The notes under the pieces were generated by a model, which was given only the letters and a program-made list of their open reading frames with translations, did no database searches and had not been told where the DNA came from. Positions 19,823 through 29,087 of a DNA stretch of 64,000 bases are shown piece by piece. The stretch is from assembly GCA_050298055.1 (NCBI GenBank), contig JBNKTL010000006.1:2851-66850 (forward strand), written 5' to 3'. This stretch comes from Spirochaetota bacterium (lineage in GTDB: Bacteria; Spirochaetota; UBA4802; UBA5550). Position numbers and translations under genes: made by a program. Each line of letters begins with the position of its first letter. The stretch's first letter is position 1.

Positions 19823-21481
19823 CTATTTAATCGTATCAATAACACCCGGTTTAAGCTGGCACTTTACGCGAATGTCCTTACCGGAACTGTAAAAACCGCT
19901 CACCATATTGAATGACGATGACTCTGTGATCTCAACCGACGATTTATCCGCACGGATATTCTGTTCCTCCAGGTACTCTGTCAACAGTTCAACCGCGTCC
20001 TTCTCGGCATCATTAAGGGAATAGCTCTCGGGAACAGGACGCTCTCTCTTGAGATTCGGCACAATCATTTTTCCCTTCCTTGTGTCGGCAAAGAGTTCAA
20101 TCTCAAAAGTGGTCCTGGCCAGCGCGGCACCGATAGCATTGGCGACCTGGTAGTTATCCGGGACCTCCACATCCAGAGAAAACCTCTTTTTTAATATGCC
20201 TGAAAAGGAAGCCGCCGGGCCGCCCATGGCGAATATTTTCTCGGGATGAATCTTTTTTCCCTCTATCATCTCATGTATAGTATAGACCGGCCTGTTATTT
20301 ATATCCTCCACCATGGCTTCAACCTCCCGGGCAATCCTGTCGACCGCGTAATCCGCTGCAGCCCGGGAAAGATCCTCCGCGGAAAGGGCAAGAGTGGACG
20401 CGAGATCCGAGAGCGCGTTCCGTGAAGCTTCCCGGTCGCCATGGGAACCCGGACCGAGAAGGTTAAGGGCATCAACCAGTGTGGCCCTGCTGCCGCCGTC
20501 AGCCGCCGCGGGGCCCTCTCTTTCCGGACCCACGGTAATAACACCATCAACTGACTTAATCAGAGAATCCCCCCCTATCCCGATAGACCTGTTGTTCAGC
20601 GCCCTGATAAGTGTGGGCCTCTCCTTAATGACGATGCCCTCCCGTTCCAGGAGGGGTGATCCCGATGAGAAAATCGATATATCCGTTGTTGTTCCCCCGA
20701 TATCGAGGACAATGGCGTCTTCCTTTATATTGCAGAGGGCAAGAATACCCATAATACTGGCAGCGGGTCCCGAGAGTATGGACTCAACAGGGAGATTCAA
20801 TGAGATGTTGAAGGGCATGGTCCCCCCGTCGGCTTTCAGGATGTTGGTCTCTGATTCTATGCCCAGTTCTTCAATGCCTTTTCGTATGGACCGGGCAAAA
20901 TTGTTATATGTTCTCCAGACCGCAGAATTGTAGTAGGCTGTGGTAATCCTCCGGGGAAAACTGAGCTGTCCCGAAATCGTGTGCCCCAGGGTGACAAAGT
21001 CTACCGTATGGCCCAGTTCCTTCTCAATGAGGTTTTCCTGCCGGGGATTCCGGGTTGAAAACTTGGTGACAACCGCATAGACATTGATATTCCTGTACCT
21101 GCACTCCTCCACAACCCTCTTCAGGCTGCCGGAATCGATCCCCTTAATCTCACTCCCCCTGTGGTCTATGGACCCGGGAAGTGCGAAATAACTATTCCCG
21201 ATCCTGAAATTCTCCGGATCGATACCGGGACCGGAGGAAACAATGACCCCCACATCATCAACCCTTTCCTGGACGATTGCGTTGGTTGAAAGTGTTGTAC
21301 TTAAGTTTATTCTCTCTATTCCTGATGTGTCAATATCCCCTGTAATGCTCCCTATGGCGTCTATTATGGACCCGGCAAGATTTTCATGGTCCGTAACTGC
21401 TTTATGATACTTAATGACCCGGGAATTATCGATAAGTACCGCATCGGTATGTGTTCCTCCAACATCAAGTCCAAGAAGCAT
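19823..21481 (-). CDS. Hydantoinase/oxoprolinase (HyuA-like) family protein
   Basis: GLDVGGTHTD, STTLSTNA, ILSGPAAS, DIGGTTTD, GIGGDS, ANAIGAA. Confidence 0.92.
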   Translation of the reverse strand: MLLGLDVGGTHTDAVLIDNSRVIKYHKAVTDHENLAGSIIDAIGSITGDIDTSGIERINLSTTLSTNAIVQERVDDVGVIVSSGPGIDPENFRIGNSYFALPGSIDHRGSEIKGIDSGSLKRVVEECRYRNINVYAVVTKFSTRNPRQENLIEKELGHTVDFVTLGHTISGQLSFPRRITTAYYNSAVWRTYNNFARSIRKGIEELGIESETNILKADGGTMPFNISLNLPVESILSGPAASIMGILALCNIKEDAIVLDIGGTTTDISIFSSGSPLLEREGIVIKERPTLIRALNNRSIGIGGDSLIKSVDGVITVGPEREGPAAADGGSRATLVDALNLLGPGSHGDREASRNALSDLASTLALSAEDLSRAAADYAVDRIAREVEAMVEDINNRPVYTIHEMIEGKKIHPEKIFAMGGPAASFSGILKKRFSLDVEVPDNYQVANAIGAALARTTFEIELFADTRKGKMIVPNLKRERPVPESYSLNDAEKDAVELLTEYLEEQNIRADKSSVEITESSSFNMVSGFYSSGKDIRVKCQLKPGVIDTIK

Positions 21482-21891
21482 AGTATTTATATCCTTATGA
21501 GTAACGCTGACTTTTTTCGCTTAACTTATATTCAAATTTCGAAAGATCATGTCAAGCAAGATAAAGGTGCATATGCAAATTACTTTTCATAAGTTGTCTG
21601 AATATGAAAATTTCATTTTTTGAAGTACACTGAAAAAATTAATTGCATCCCCTGTAATACCATGTAATAATAAAAACAGGAGTAATCACTCAGCTAATGG
21701 GATAAGAACGATCATATTTAAATAAAAAACCGGTGTCGGTGATAATATTATTGTTTTTATTGATAGATCTATTTATATTTTGGAGTACATGAGTAATAAA
21801 ACAGATCAATTCTCATTGACAATTTTCTACCCGGCAAAAGAGTGGATAACAGGTAGAGCAAAACTCAATGAAAAATATAAAAGTGACCTGA

Positions 21892-23157
21892 ATGTCACTT
21901 TTACGGAAAAAAGATGTAATGAACAGCGATACCGACAAAAGTCTCAGTGATGATTCGAAGAAGGTTGAAGTTCTGGTCAGGACCATGCGTCCGGGCGCCA
22001 GGTATACCTATAACCTCTTTGATATTAATGGGAACCTTATACTTGAATCTCACACACCTATAACCGAAGGGATGATACGTCACCTCCAGACAACAAATGT
22101 TGAATACCTCTACTATGACCCTTCCACCGCAGGGGGTACCGCTATTAACGGTTCCGGAACAGAAAGCGATTCCGGCCTCAACCCCGAACTGAGTGTAATC
22201 GATGACAACCTGAGAAACGAGGTCTTTGATCACGCGAAAGACTTCCTGGAGTATATCCGCACACTCTACGATTACTCCCCGGGAGAATCGATTTCAAAAG
22301 GAAAGATAGACCAGTCCCGGGACCTTGTGGGCAGGGTCATTGACAACCTCGATGAGAACAAAGACGGCGTATTCAAGTCCATAACAAAACTGAAAAACCA
22401 TGACGAGTATATCTTCCACCACTCTACAAATGTTTCAATACTAGCGGCGCTTCTCGGAATGAGAATGGACTACAAAAAGGAGATAAAGGTTGCCATGGGT
22501 ATGGGGGGCCTTCTTCACGACCTGGGCAAGACCTCCATATCAAAGGATATCCTGAATAAGGCCAGGCTCAACGATGAAGAGTTCGACATGATCAAGTCAC
22601 ACACACATGTGGGTCACAAGCTGATTGAGAACAATGAATTTATCCAGGACCTTGAAAAGAGAATAGTCCTCATGCACCACGAGAGGTCTGACGGAGGAGG
22701 TTATCCCTTCGGGTTTGAACTGGACCACTACAAGGAGACCCTCCCCCGGGAAGTGAGGCTCTTCTCCATGTGCAATCTCTTTTCAATGATGGTACAGGCA
22801 AAGCCCGGAGAACCGGAACTCTCAAGCAGGGACGCCCTGAGAAGAATGGTAAACATGGTCTACGCGCCCTATAAAAAAATCCACTATGTCCTCTATCCCG
22901 ATTTCCGTGAATTCATCAGGTGCCTGGGATTTGTTCTTAATGAAGGTTATTTTTTCATGAACAGGGGAGACCTGGTAAGAATGAACACCGGGGAAGTGGC
23001 CATAATAGAAGAGATGAACAGGCTCTATCCCATGAATCCGAAGGTGAGGATCGTAAAAAACAGCAAGATGGAAACAGTGAAAAGGCCCATACTTATTGAC
23101 ATGCTGAAAGACCATAATACCTATATAGCAAATGTATTTGACAGGTCAAAAAAATAA
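21892..23157 (+). CDS. HD-GYP domain protein (partly degenerate)
   Basis: HSTNV, LLHDLGK, HHERSDGGGYPFG; C-terminal GDLVRMNTGEVA region. Confidence 0.85.
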   Translation: MSLLRKKDVMNSDTDKSLSDDSKKVEVLVRTMRPGARYTYNLFDINGNLILESHTPITEGMIRHLQTTNVEYLYYDPSTAGGTAINGSGTESDSGLNPELSVIDDNLRNEVFDHAKDFLEYIRTLYDYSPGESISKGKIDQSRDLVGRVIDNLDENKDGVFKSITKLKNHDEYIFHHSTNVSILAALLGMRMDYKKEIKVAMGMGGLLHDLGKTSISKDILNKARLNDEEFDMIKSHTHVGHKLIENNEFIQDLEKRIVLMHHERSDGGGYPFGFELDHYKETLPREVRLFSMCNLFSMMVQAKPGEPELSSRDALRRMVNMVYAPYKKIHYVLYPDFREFIRCLGFVLNEGYFFMNRGDLVRMNTGEVAIIEEMNRLYPMNPKVRIVKNSKMETVKRPILIDMLKDHNTYIANVFDRSKK

Positions 23158-23247
23158 ATACGGGATACCTCCCGGGAGAAAAATTTTTCAACCATAACCT
23201 GTTTGTAACAGCAAAGAGGTTATGGTCTGCTCAGAGAAAATGAGACT

Positions 23248-26058
23248 ATGGCAGAAAAGACAAGTGCAGAAATACTGCAGGCAGTTGAAGATAACAAAAA
23301 TAACTTCCAGAAGTTTAACAGTAAAAAACTTCAACAGCTCTATGTAAGCATCGGTAACCAGGAAATTATCACCCTGTTCGAATATATCCCCTTTCTGCTC
23401 CACGCGAATTTACCCGATTTCCCTGGCCATATCAACTTCGAAGACATGCCCGGGGGTATTTACGGCTACACTCCATCCACCCGGCTCATGAATTATATCA
23501 GGAAGCAGCACCCGTCGGTCCTGGCGCCCAAAATTCCCCCGGGGAGGGAATTCATACAGATGTTCGCGCTCATGGGGAGCGGCGGGACAATTGCCTTCAC
23601 AAGCCAGTCAGACTTCGATTTCTGGATCTGCGCATTTGAAGACAAAGTCGATCCCTACTCTCTCAAGCAGTTCAAGACCAAGTGCAAGCTCATCGAAGAA
23701 TGGATAGCCGAAACATATAACGTAGAGGTCCACTTTTTTTTCAACGATATATCAAAAGTAAAGAAAAATGTATTTGATGATGATGAGGAGATGGGGATTT
23801 CGGGGACATCTCTCGGTCAGCTCCTCAAGGAAGAGTTTCTCAGGAGCTCCATTGTCATTGCCGGCAAGATCCCTTTCTGGTGGGTGGTCCCGGTCAACGC
23901 AGGCGACGATGAATACAACAGGTGGCTGACCGCAATAAAGGACTCACGGTATACGGCAGACTTTATCGATATCGGCAACCTTTCCAGGATCAACCGGGCG
24001 GATTTTCTCATTGCCGCGCTCTTCCAGATTCTCAAATCAATCGGTAATCCTTTTAAATCAATAATCAAGCTGGGACTGCTGGAAAAGTACCTCTCAACCC
24101 ATGAAGAAAACCCCTTTATCAGCACAATGATCAAGGCTAACGTTCAGGAAGATAAGGTTGAATCGGAACAGATAGACGCGTACCTGATAATGTTTAACGA
24201 GGTTTACAAGTATTACAATCTGGCAATTAATGATCCTACCGCCATAAACATTATCAAGACCTGCTTCTATCTGAAGGTTGACCCCCGGCTTTCGGAAAGT
24301 ATCACCGATGAGACCAATAAAGAGAAAAACAGGTTAATGAACAAACTTACAAAAGAGTGGGGATGGGATGAATCCACTATCAGGCGTGTTGACAACTTTG
24401 AAAGCTGGGACATAGAGGCCACGGGCAGGCTCCTTATAAACACGAAAAAGTTTATCCTCAAAGGTTATAAGCAGATACTCAACAATATAGAATCGGGCAA
24501 GGCGAAGGTTAATATTCTTGATGAATCCATTAAGCTTATCTCACACAAAATATATTCGCACTTTCTTCCGGCTGACAATAAAATTGACAACACTCTGAGT
24601 TTCAAAAGCCACCCGCCGGTAAAGCTCCTGAACATCGAGTTCATCAGGGACAGGGACAACAGGGAGTACTGGATCCTGACCAAGAGACATATCGAACAGG
24701 GATCAACAAGCAGGGTCATACTCCAGAAGAACCCGAGGCTCTTCGGGCTGGTAGTCTGGATTGCTCTCAACGGTTTCTTTCAGAAGGGTTTTACCCGGCT
24801 GGAGATAGATCCCGGGCTTCATGTCTTCGATCCCAACTTTATCAGGGAGCTTATAACCGAACTGTCACTTCATTTCTCTTTTAAAAAACTCGTGTTAAAA
24901 AACAGTTATTTTCTCAGGGATTCATTTCCCGTAATATCATACCTGATAATCAATCCCTTCACTAAATACGGGAACGATATTGTGGACATGATCTTTCTCT
25001 ATCACAACAGCTGGGGTGAAACACGGTTCGAACTCATGAAAAACGGGGAGATGGACATCCCGAACATCCTTACCCGGGTAATCAACAGCGGAGAGGCATC
25101 GGGTCTCGATTTTGACAGTGCTCTGAAAATGACCGCGTCACTTCCCTACAATTCAAAGAAGGAATTCAAGAGGGTTAAGGTCCTGGCAAAAGACATCTAC
25201 AACTTCTTTAACGGCAAGAACGACAAGAAACAGAGGCAGTTCAGAAAAAGATATATCACAATGTTCGGTAATAACTACTACCTGTTTTCCAGCAGAAAAG
25301 GGAAAACAGAGAGAGTTGTGAGCAGCCAGATATGCGAAACGGAAATCAAACTCCTTTACAGCATGTCGTATAACAGGGGAACAGGGACGCTTATACGGGT
25401 AGATCCTTCAATCCCCGAACTCAAATATTTAGGTAAAATACTGGAAAATTTCAAAAGTGATTCTATCCAGATCTATTACCTCTTTGAAAAAAAATACTGC
25501 CATTTCTTCATATCAGATGAACGGGGTTCGCTCATGTTCCTGAGAAAGAGTATTAACTCCTTTATCGATTACATGGCTTCCCTCTATCTCTATGCGGACA
25601 ACCTCATTAAAACCGTTATTGAAAAGAATCCGAAATCACCTCTCGCGGAAAGTAAAAACAGGATTGAGGTCTATAAGATGGAGAAGGACATCAAACATAA
25701 CTGCACTATTAAAATGATCAATATAACAATGGACCCGAAGATCTCTTCTGCCATGGAAAAGACGGGGGAGTTTAAACTCTCACTTCATCTCCTTGACAGC
25801 GGGGAGTTCGGCTACCGGTTTACACTTCCCGACGGAGGACTTTCGGAGATATTCGACAGGAAGGATATTGACGAAATCGCAAATGAAATCAAGGTCCTCA
25901 TGGAATCTGTGGAAGGCTACAACTACTATGTCACCGGAATAAACATGGACCATATCGGCGTAAACATGTACAGCCAGTATACATCACTGGCATTTTCGGA
26001 AAAAAACAGGTTTGAACTTATGGTAGAAAAGGGTATGAGGCTCATCCACCTCCGGTAA
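23248..26058 (+). CDS. cyaA: Class I adenylate cyclase
   Basis: PFLLH, LMGSGGTIAFTSQSDFDFWIC, EVHFF, LLKEEFLRS...AGKIPFWW, PFKSIIKLGLLE, NSWGE motifs. Confidence 0.85.
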   Translation: MAEKTSAEILQAVEDNKNNFQKFNSKKLQQLYVSIGNQEIITLFEYIPFLLHANLPDFPGHINFEDMPGGIYGYTPSTRLMNYIRKQHPSVLAPKIPPGREFIQMFALMGSGGTIAFTSQSDFDFWICAFEDKVDPYSLKQFKTKCKLIEEWIAETYNVEVHFFFNDISKVKKNVFDDDEEMGISGTSLGQLLKEEFLRSSIVIAGKIPFWWVVPVNAGDDEYNRWLTAIKDSRYTADFIDIGNLSRINRADFLIAALFQILKSIGNPFKSIIKLGLLEKYLSTHEENPFISTMIKANVQEDKVESEQIDAYLIMFNEVYKYYNLAINDPTAINIIKTCFYLKVDPRLSESITDETNKEKNRLMNKLTKEWGWDESTIRRVDNFESWDIEATGRLLINTKKFILKGYKQILNNIESGKAKVNILDESIKLISHKIYSHFLPADNKIDNTLSFKSHPPVKLLNIEFIRDRDNREYWILTKRHIEQGSTSRVILQKNPRLFGLVVWIALNGFFQKGFTRLEIDPGLHVFDPNFIRELITELSLHFSFKKLVLKNSYFLRDSFPVISYLIINPFTKYGNDIVDMIFLYHNSWGETRFELMKNGEMDIPNILTRVINSGEASGLDFDSALKMTASLPYNSKKEFKRVKVLAKDIYNFFNGKNDKKQRQFRKRYITMFGNNYYLFSSRKGKTERVVSSQICETEIKLLYSMSYNRGTGTLIRVDPSIPELKYLGKILENFKSDSIQIYYLFEKKYCHFFISDERGSLMFLRKSINSFIDYMASLYLYADNLIKTVIEKNPKSPLAESKNRIEVYKMEKDIKHNCTIKMINITMDPKISSAMEKTGEFKLSLHLLDSGEFGYRFTLPDGGLSEIFDRKDIDEIANEIKVLMESVEGYNYYVTGINMDHIGVNMYSQYTSLAFSEKNRFELMVEKGMRLIHLR

Positions 26059-26083
26059 AGATAGTTCCGGGTTAATACCATCT

Positions 26084-27313
26084 ATGAAAGAACTACCTTT
26101 TAAAAAACTCCTTCGCTTTCTTGGCCCGGGTTTTATCGTCACCGTCGGTTTTATTGACCCCGGCAATTGGGCCACAAATATAGAAGGCGGATCAAAATTC
26201 GGATATCAATTGCTCTGGGTCATTACACTCAGTACCTTCGTGCTGATTATCATTCAACATATGGCCGCAAAACTGGGAATTGCCACGGGAAAATCGCTGG
26301 CGGTTAATATCCGCGAAAATTTTTCATCTCCCGTTTCATTTTTCCTCGGAGTGACAATTGTTTTAGCCTGCATTGCTACTGACGTAGCGGAGCTTATCGG
26401 CGGGGCCATTGGATTTAATCTTCTCTTCAATTTTCCCCTCTGGCTGGGTGCTCTCATCACGGTATTGCTGGAAGTTTTTTTAATTATCAGTCAGAGGTAC
26501 CATCGGCTTGAAACAATTATTATCGGATTTTTAGCCATAATCGCGGCGTGTTATCTCGTTGAAATTTTAATTGTTAAACCGGATTGGGCGTCAGTGGCAC
26601 CTTCAATGATTATTCCTAAAATTGACAGGGCCAGCATTTATATTGCCATGGGGATTCTTGGGGCTGTAGTTATGCCACACAATATCTTTCTTCATTCAAA
26701 TGTCATACACAGTCGAAAATGGGGGATATCCGAACGACAAAAATTAACTCTTATTAAATATGAAAAAATGGATACTCTGTTCGCAATGCTTATGGGATGG
26801 GTTGTCAATTCGGCAATGATTATTGTAGCGGCCACGGTATTTTTCAACAATAATGTTTTTGTCCACAGCATCGAACAGGCTTCGGCCACATTGAAGCCCC
26901 TGGCGGGTCCTCTTGCCGGTCTTCTCTTTGCCATTGCCCTGGTCTTTGCCGGTGTGGGCTCATCAATAACATCCTCAATGGCCGAAGTTAATGTCATTAC
27001 AGGATTTCTCGGCAAGCCGGAAGACCCCGGGACATTTCTTTATAAGTTTTCCGTATTCATAACCGCTATTCCTTCATTACTGATAATAATTTTTTCCCTG
27101 GACACATTTCGTATACTCATATTCAGCCAGGTAATCTTAAGCGTTCAGCTTCCCTTTACCCTCATTCCTTTACTGATGCTGTGCCGCAACAGGAAGCTCA
27201 TGGGGACGTTCAGAAGCAACAACAGGGAATTCATAACCGCGGTTACTCTTTCCGCAATAGTCATTTTCCTGAATATCTATCTCCTCTATTCATTATTAAC
27301 GGAGGGCGCCTGA
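26084..27313 (+). CDS. mntH: Nramp divalent metal transporter
   Basis: DPGNWAT and GAVVMPHNIFLHS signatures; multiple TM helices. Confidence 0.95.
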   Translation: MKELPFKKLLRFLGPGFIVTVGFIDPGNWATNIEGGSKFGYQLLWVITLSTFVLIIIQHMAAKLGIATGKSLAVNIRENFSSPVSFFLGVTIVLACIATDVAELIGGAIGFNLLFNFPLWLGALITVLLEVFLIISQRYHRLETIIIGFLAIIAACYLVEILIVKPDWASVAPSMIIPKIDRASIYIAMGILGAVVMPHNIFLHSNVIHSRKWGISERQKLTLIKYEKMDTLFAMLMGWVVNSAMIIVAATVFFNNNVFVHSIEQASATLKPLAGPLAGLLFAIALVFAGVGSSITSSMAEVNVITGFLGKPEDPGTFLYKFSVFITAIPSLLIIIFSLDTFRILIFSQVILSVQLPFTLIPLLMLCRNRKLMGTFRSNNREFITAVTLSAIVIFLNIYLLYSLLTEGA

Positions 27314-27314
27314 A

Positions 27315-27722
27315 ATGCAGCTTTATAAAAAAATCCTGGTAACAATAGATTGTTCGTCCGTTGATGATGCAATTGTCGAGCATGTATCACATCTTGCCGT
27401 TCAAAACAGGGCCGGGGTCTACCTCCTTCATGTCGTCCACTCTCATACCCTGGACCAGCGTCGTGCTTTGAGAAAAAAAGCGGAATCCCGTCTTGAAATC
27501 CACCTGATGAAATTAAAGAAACAAAAAATCGATGCTCACATGATAATCAGAGAGGGGGAGCCTGATGAGCAGATTCTGGATGAGATAGAGAATAATGATT
27601 ATGACCTGGTAGCCATGGCAACCCATGGACACAGATTTATCGGTGATCTCTTATTTGGCAGTGTTTCAAAAAATCTTAAACACAAAATCAATATCCCCCT
27701 TTTGCTGCTTAAAAAGGATTGA
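27315..27722 (+). CDS. Universal stress protein
   Basis: YKKILVTID, LLHVV, DLVAMATHGH, GSVS. Confidence 0.92.
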   Translation: MQLYKKILVTIDCSSVDDAIVEHVSHLAVQNRAGVYLLHVVHSHTLDQRRALRKKAESRLEIHLMKLKKQKIDAHMIIREGEPDEQILDEIENNDYDLVAMATHGHRFIGDLLFGSVSKNLKHKINIPLLLLKKD

Positions 27723-27994
27723 TCCGTAATTGGATGAAAACAAATAAGGGAGATAATCGCTTCCCTTGCTGCGGCAGTCATACTGAACAGGATCTGTAAA
27801 TCAATATTGATTATTCTTGACATCCTCTAATATCCCCATATTCTGGTGGGCAGGTTTTAAGGATTCAGGATTTGTCTTTTATTCAAAGCTGAATAGCCGG
27901 CAAATAGTTAGATGATAAATAAGATTTCTCTGGACTATTTAAATGTTTTTATTTATTTTTTTATTATATAATTCAATCTTTTGAGGTAAAAAAT

Positions 27995-28192
27995 ATGACA
28001 GAATTATTAAATAAAGCCTTTAAAGAAGCATCCAAACTTCCGGAAATAGAACAGAATGCTTTTGCAAAGTGGGTTTTAAAGGAATTGGAAACAGAAAAAA
28101 AGTGGGAAAATTTATTCGCGAATTCTGAGGATATTCTCGATAAACTTGCAGATGAAGCTCTGAGAGATGATAAACAGATAAGGAATGTCTAA
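27995..28192 (+). CDS. Putative orphan antitoxin, possibly 3'-truncated
   Basis: MTELLNKAF.EASKLPE.EQNAFA.W.L.ELE.E.KW..LF..S.D.L.KLADEAL resembles small antitoxin-like proteins; no cognate toxin follows. Confidence 0.5.
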   Translation: MTELLNKAFKEASKLPEIEQNAFAKWVLKELETEKKWENLFANSEDILDKLADEALRDDKQIRNV

Positions 28193-28210
28193 ATAAACGA
28201 GGATAGAAAA

Positions 28211-28429
28211 ATGGATTTACTACAAAGCATTCATGAACTTCCAAAAAGAGAAAAGTTAAAAATGATGGAATTTCTCTGGGAAGAATTAACTTTAAACGAT
28301 AAAGAATATGTATCGCCAAAATGGCACGAAGATGAGCTAAAAAAAACTGAAAAAAGAATGGCTGAAGGTAAGGAAAAGATAATCGATTGGAGTGAAGCCA
28401 AAAAACTTCTGAGAAAAGAATTTAAATGA
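28211..28429 (+). CDS. Addiction module antitoxin component
   Basis: LP..EKL..ME.LWE.L, SP.WH..EL, IDW.EAK pattern. Confidence 0.85.
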   Translation: MDLLQSIHELPKREKLKMMEFLWEELTLNDKEYVSPKWHEDELKKTEKRMAEGKEKIIDWSEAKKLLRKEFK

Positions 28430-28728
28430 ACATCCGAATACTGAGTTCTGCCTATAATGATTTGAAAAGAGGGAGGATGTTTTACGAAAAACTAGCTGAA
28501 AACCTTGGTGAATACTTTTTTGACTCCCTGTTTTCTGATATTGATTCATTGATTTTGTATGCTGGAATTCATCCCAGGCAATTTGGTTATTTCAGAATGC
28601 TTTCAAGACGGTTCCCCTATGCTATTTATTATAAAATCGAAAAAGATGATATTTTGATATGGAGAGTGCTTGATTGCAGGCAAGATCCAAATAAAACAAA
28701 AAAACAATTAAATGAAGAAATCGGCTAA
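28426..28728 (+). CDS. RelE/ParE family toxin
   Basis: A..DL..G..FYE, LG.YF, RRFPYAIYY, VLDCRQDP; 4-nt overlap with the antitoxin. Confidence 0.88.
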   Translation: MNIRILSSAYNDLKRGRMFYEKLAENLGEYFFDSLFSDIDSLILYAGIHPRQFGYFRMLSRRFPYAIYYKIEKDDILIWRVLDCRQDPNKTKKQLNEEIG

Positions 28729-28751
28729 TCTTCAACCCGAAACTTTTCCTC

Positions 28752-28836
28752 ATCCGCGTCTATCTGCGTTAATCTGCAACAAAACTCTTCCTCTTAACTT
28801 GAAACTTGAAACTCGGAACTCAAAACCCGGAACTTC
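28752..28836. repeat. ATCCGCGT-type short repeat plus heptamer tandem array
   Basis: ATCCGCGTCTATCTGCGTTAATCTGC, AAACTCTTCCTCTT, then degenerate (GGAACYC)n; related copies at 55744 and 57332. Confidence 0.6.
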
Positions 28837-28845
28837 TTAAACCCC

Positions 28846-29076
28846 CTACCTGAACTTATTGGCCAGGTAAAAAATGATGGTCAGGATAATACTGATGATG
28901 ATAGACGTTGTCAGGGGAAAATAAAAACTGAAGTTTTCCCTTTTAATTGAAATATCCCCCGGCAGCTTCCCGAAAAACTTCAGAAAAGGCAGCGAGTCCC
29001 TGAAGATAAATATTATACCGATAAAGGTAATGATAAGACCTGTTACGACAAGCGCTTTCCCCAGTGGTGCCGTCAT
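28846..29076 (-). CDS. DUF2905 family membrane protein
   Basis: GKLPGDI.IKRENFSFYFPLTTSIIIS motif. Confidence 0.9.
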   Translation of the reverse strand: MTAPLGKALVVTGLIITFIGIIFIFRDSLPFLKFFGKLPGDISIKRENFSFYFPLTTSIIISIILTIIFYLANKFR

Positions 29077-29087
29077 AGGCGATATCC

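Noticed and set aside
26059..26083. Mn-sensing yybP-ykoY riboswitch before mntH
   Set aside because: Only 25 bp separate cyaA and mntH, and no motif is visible.
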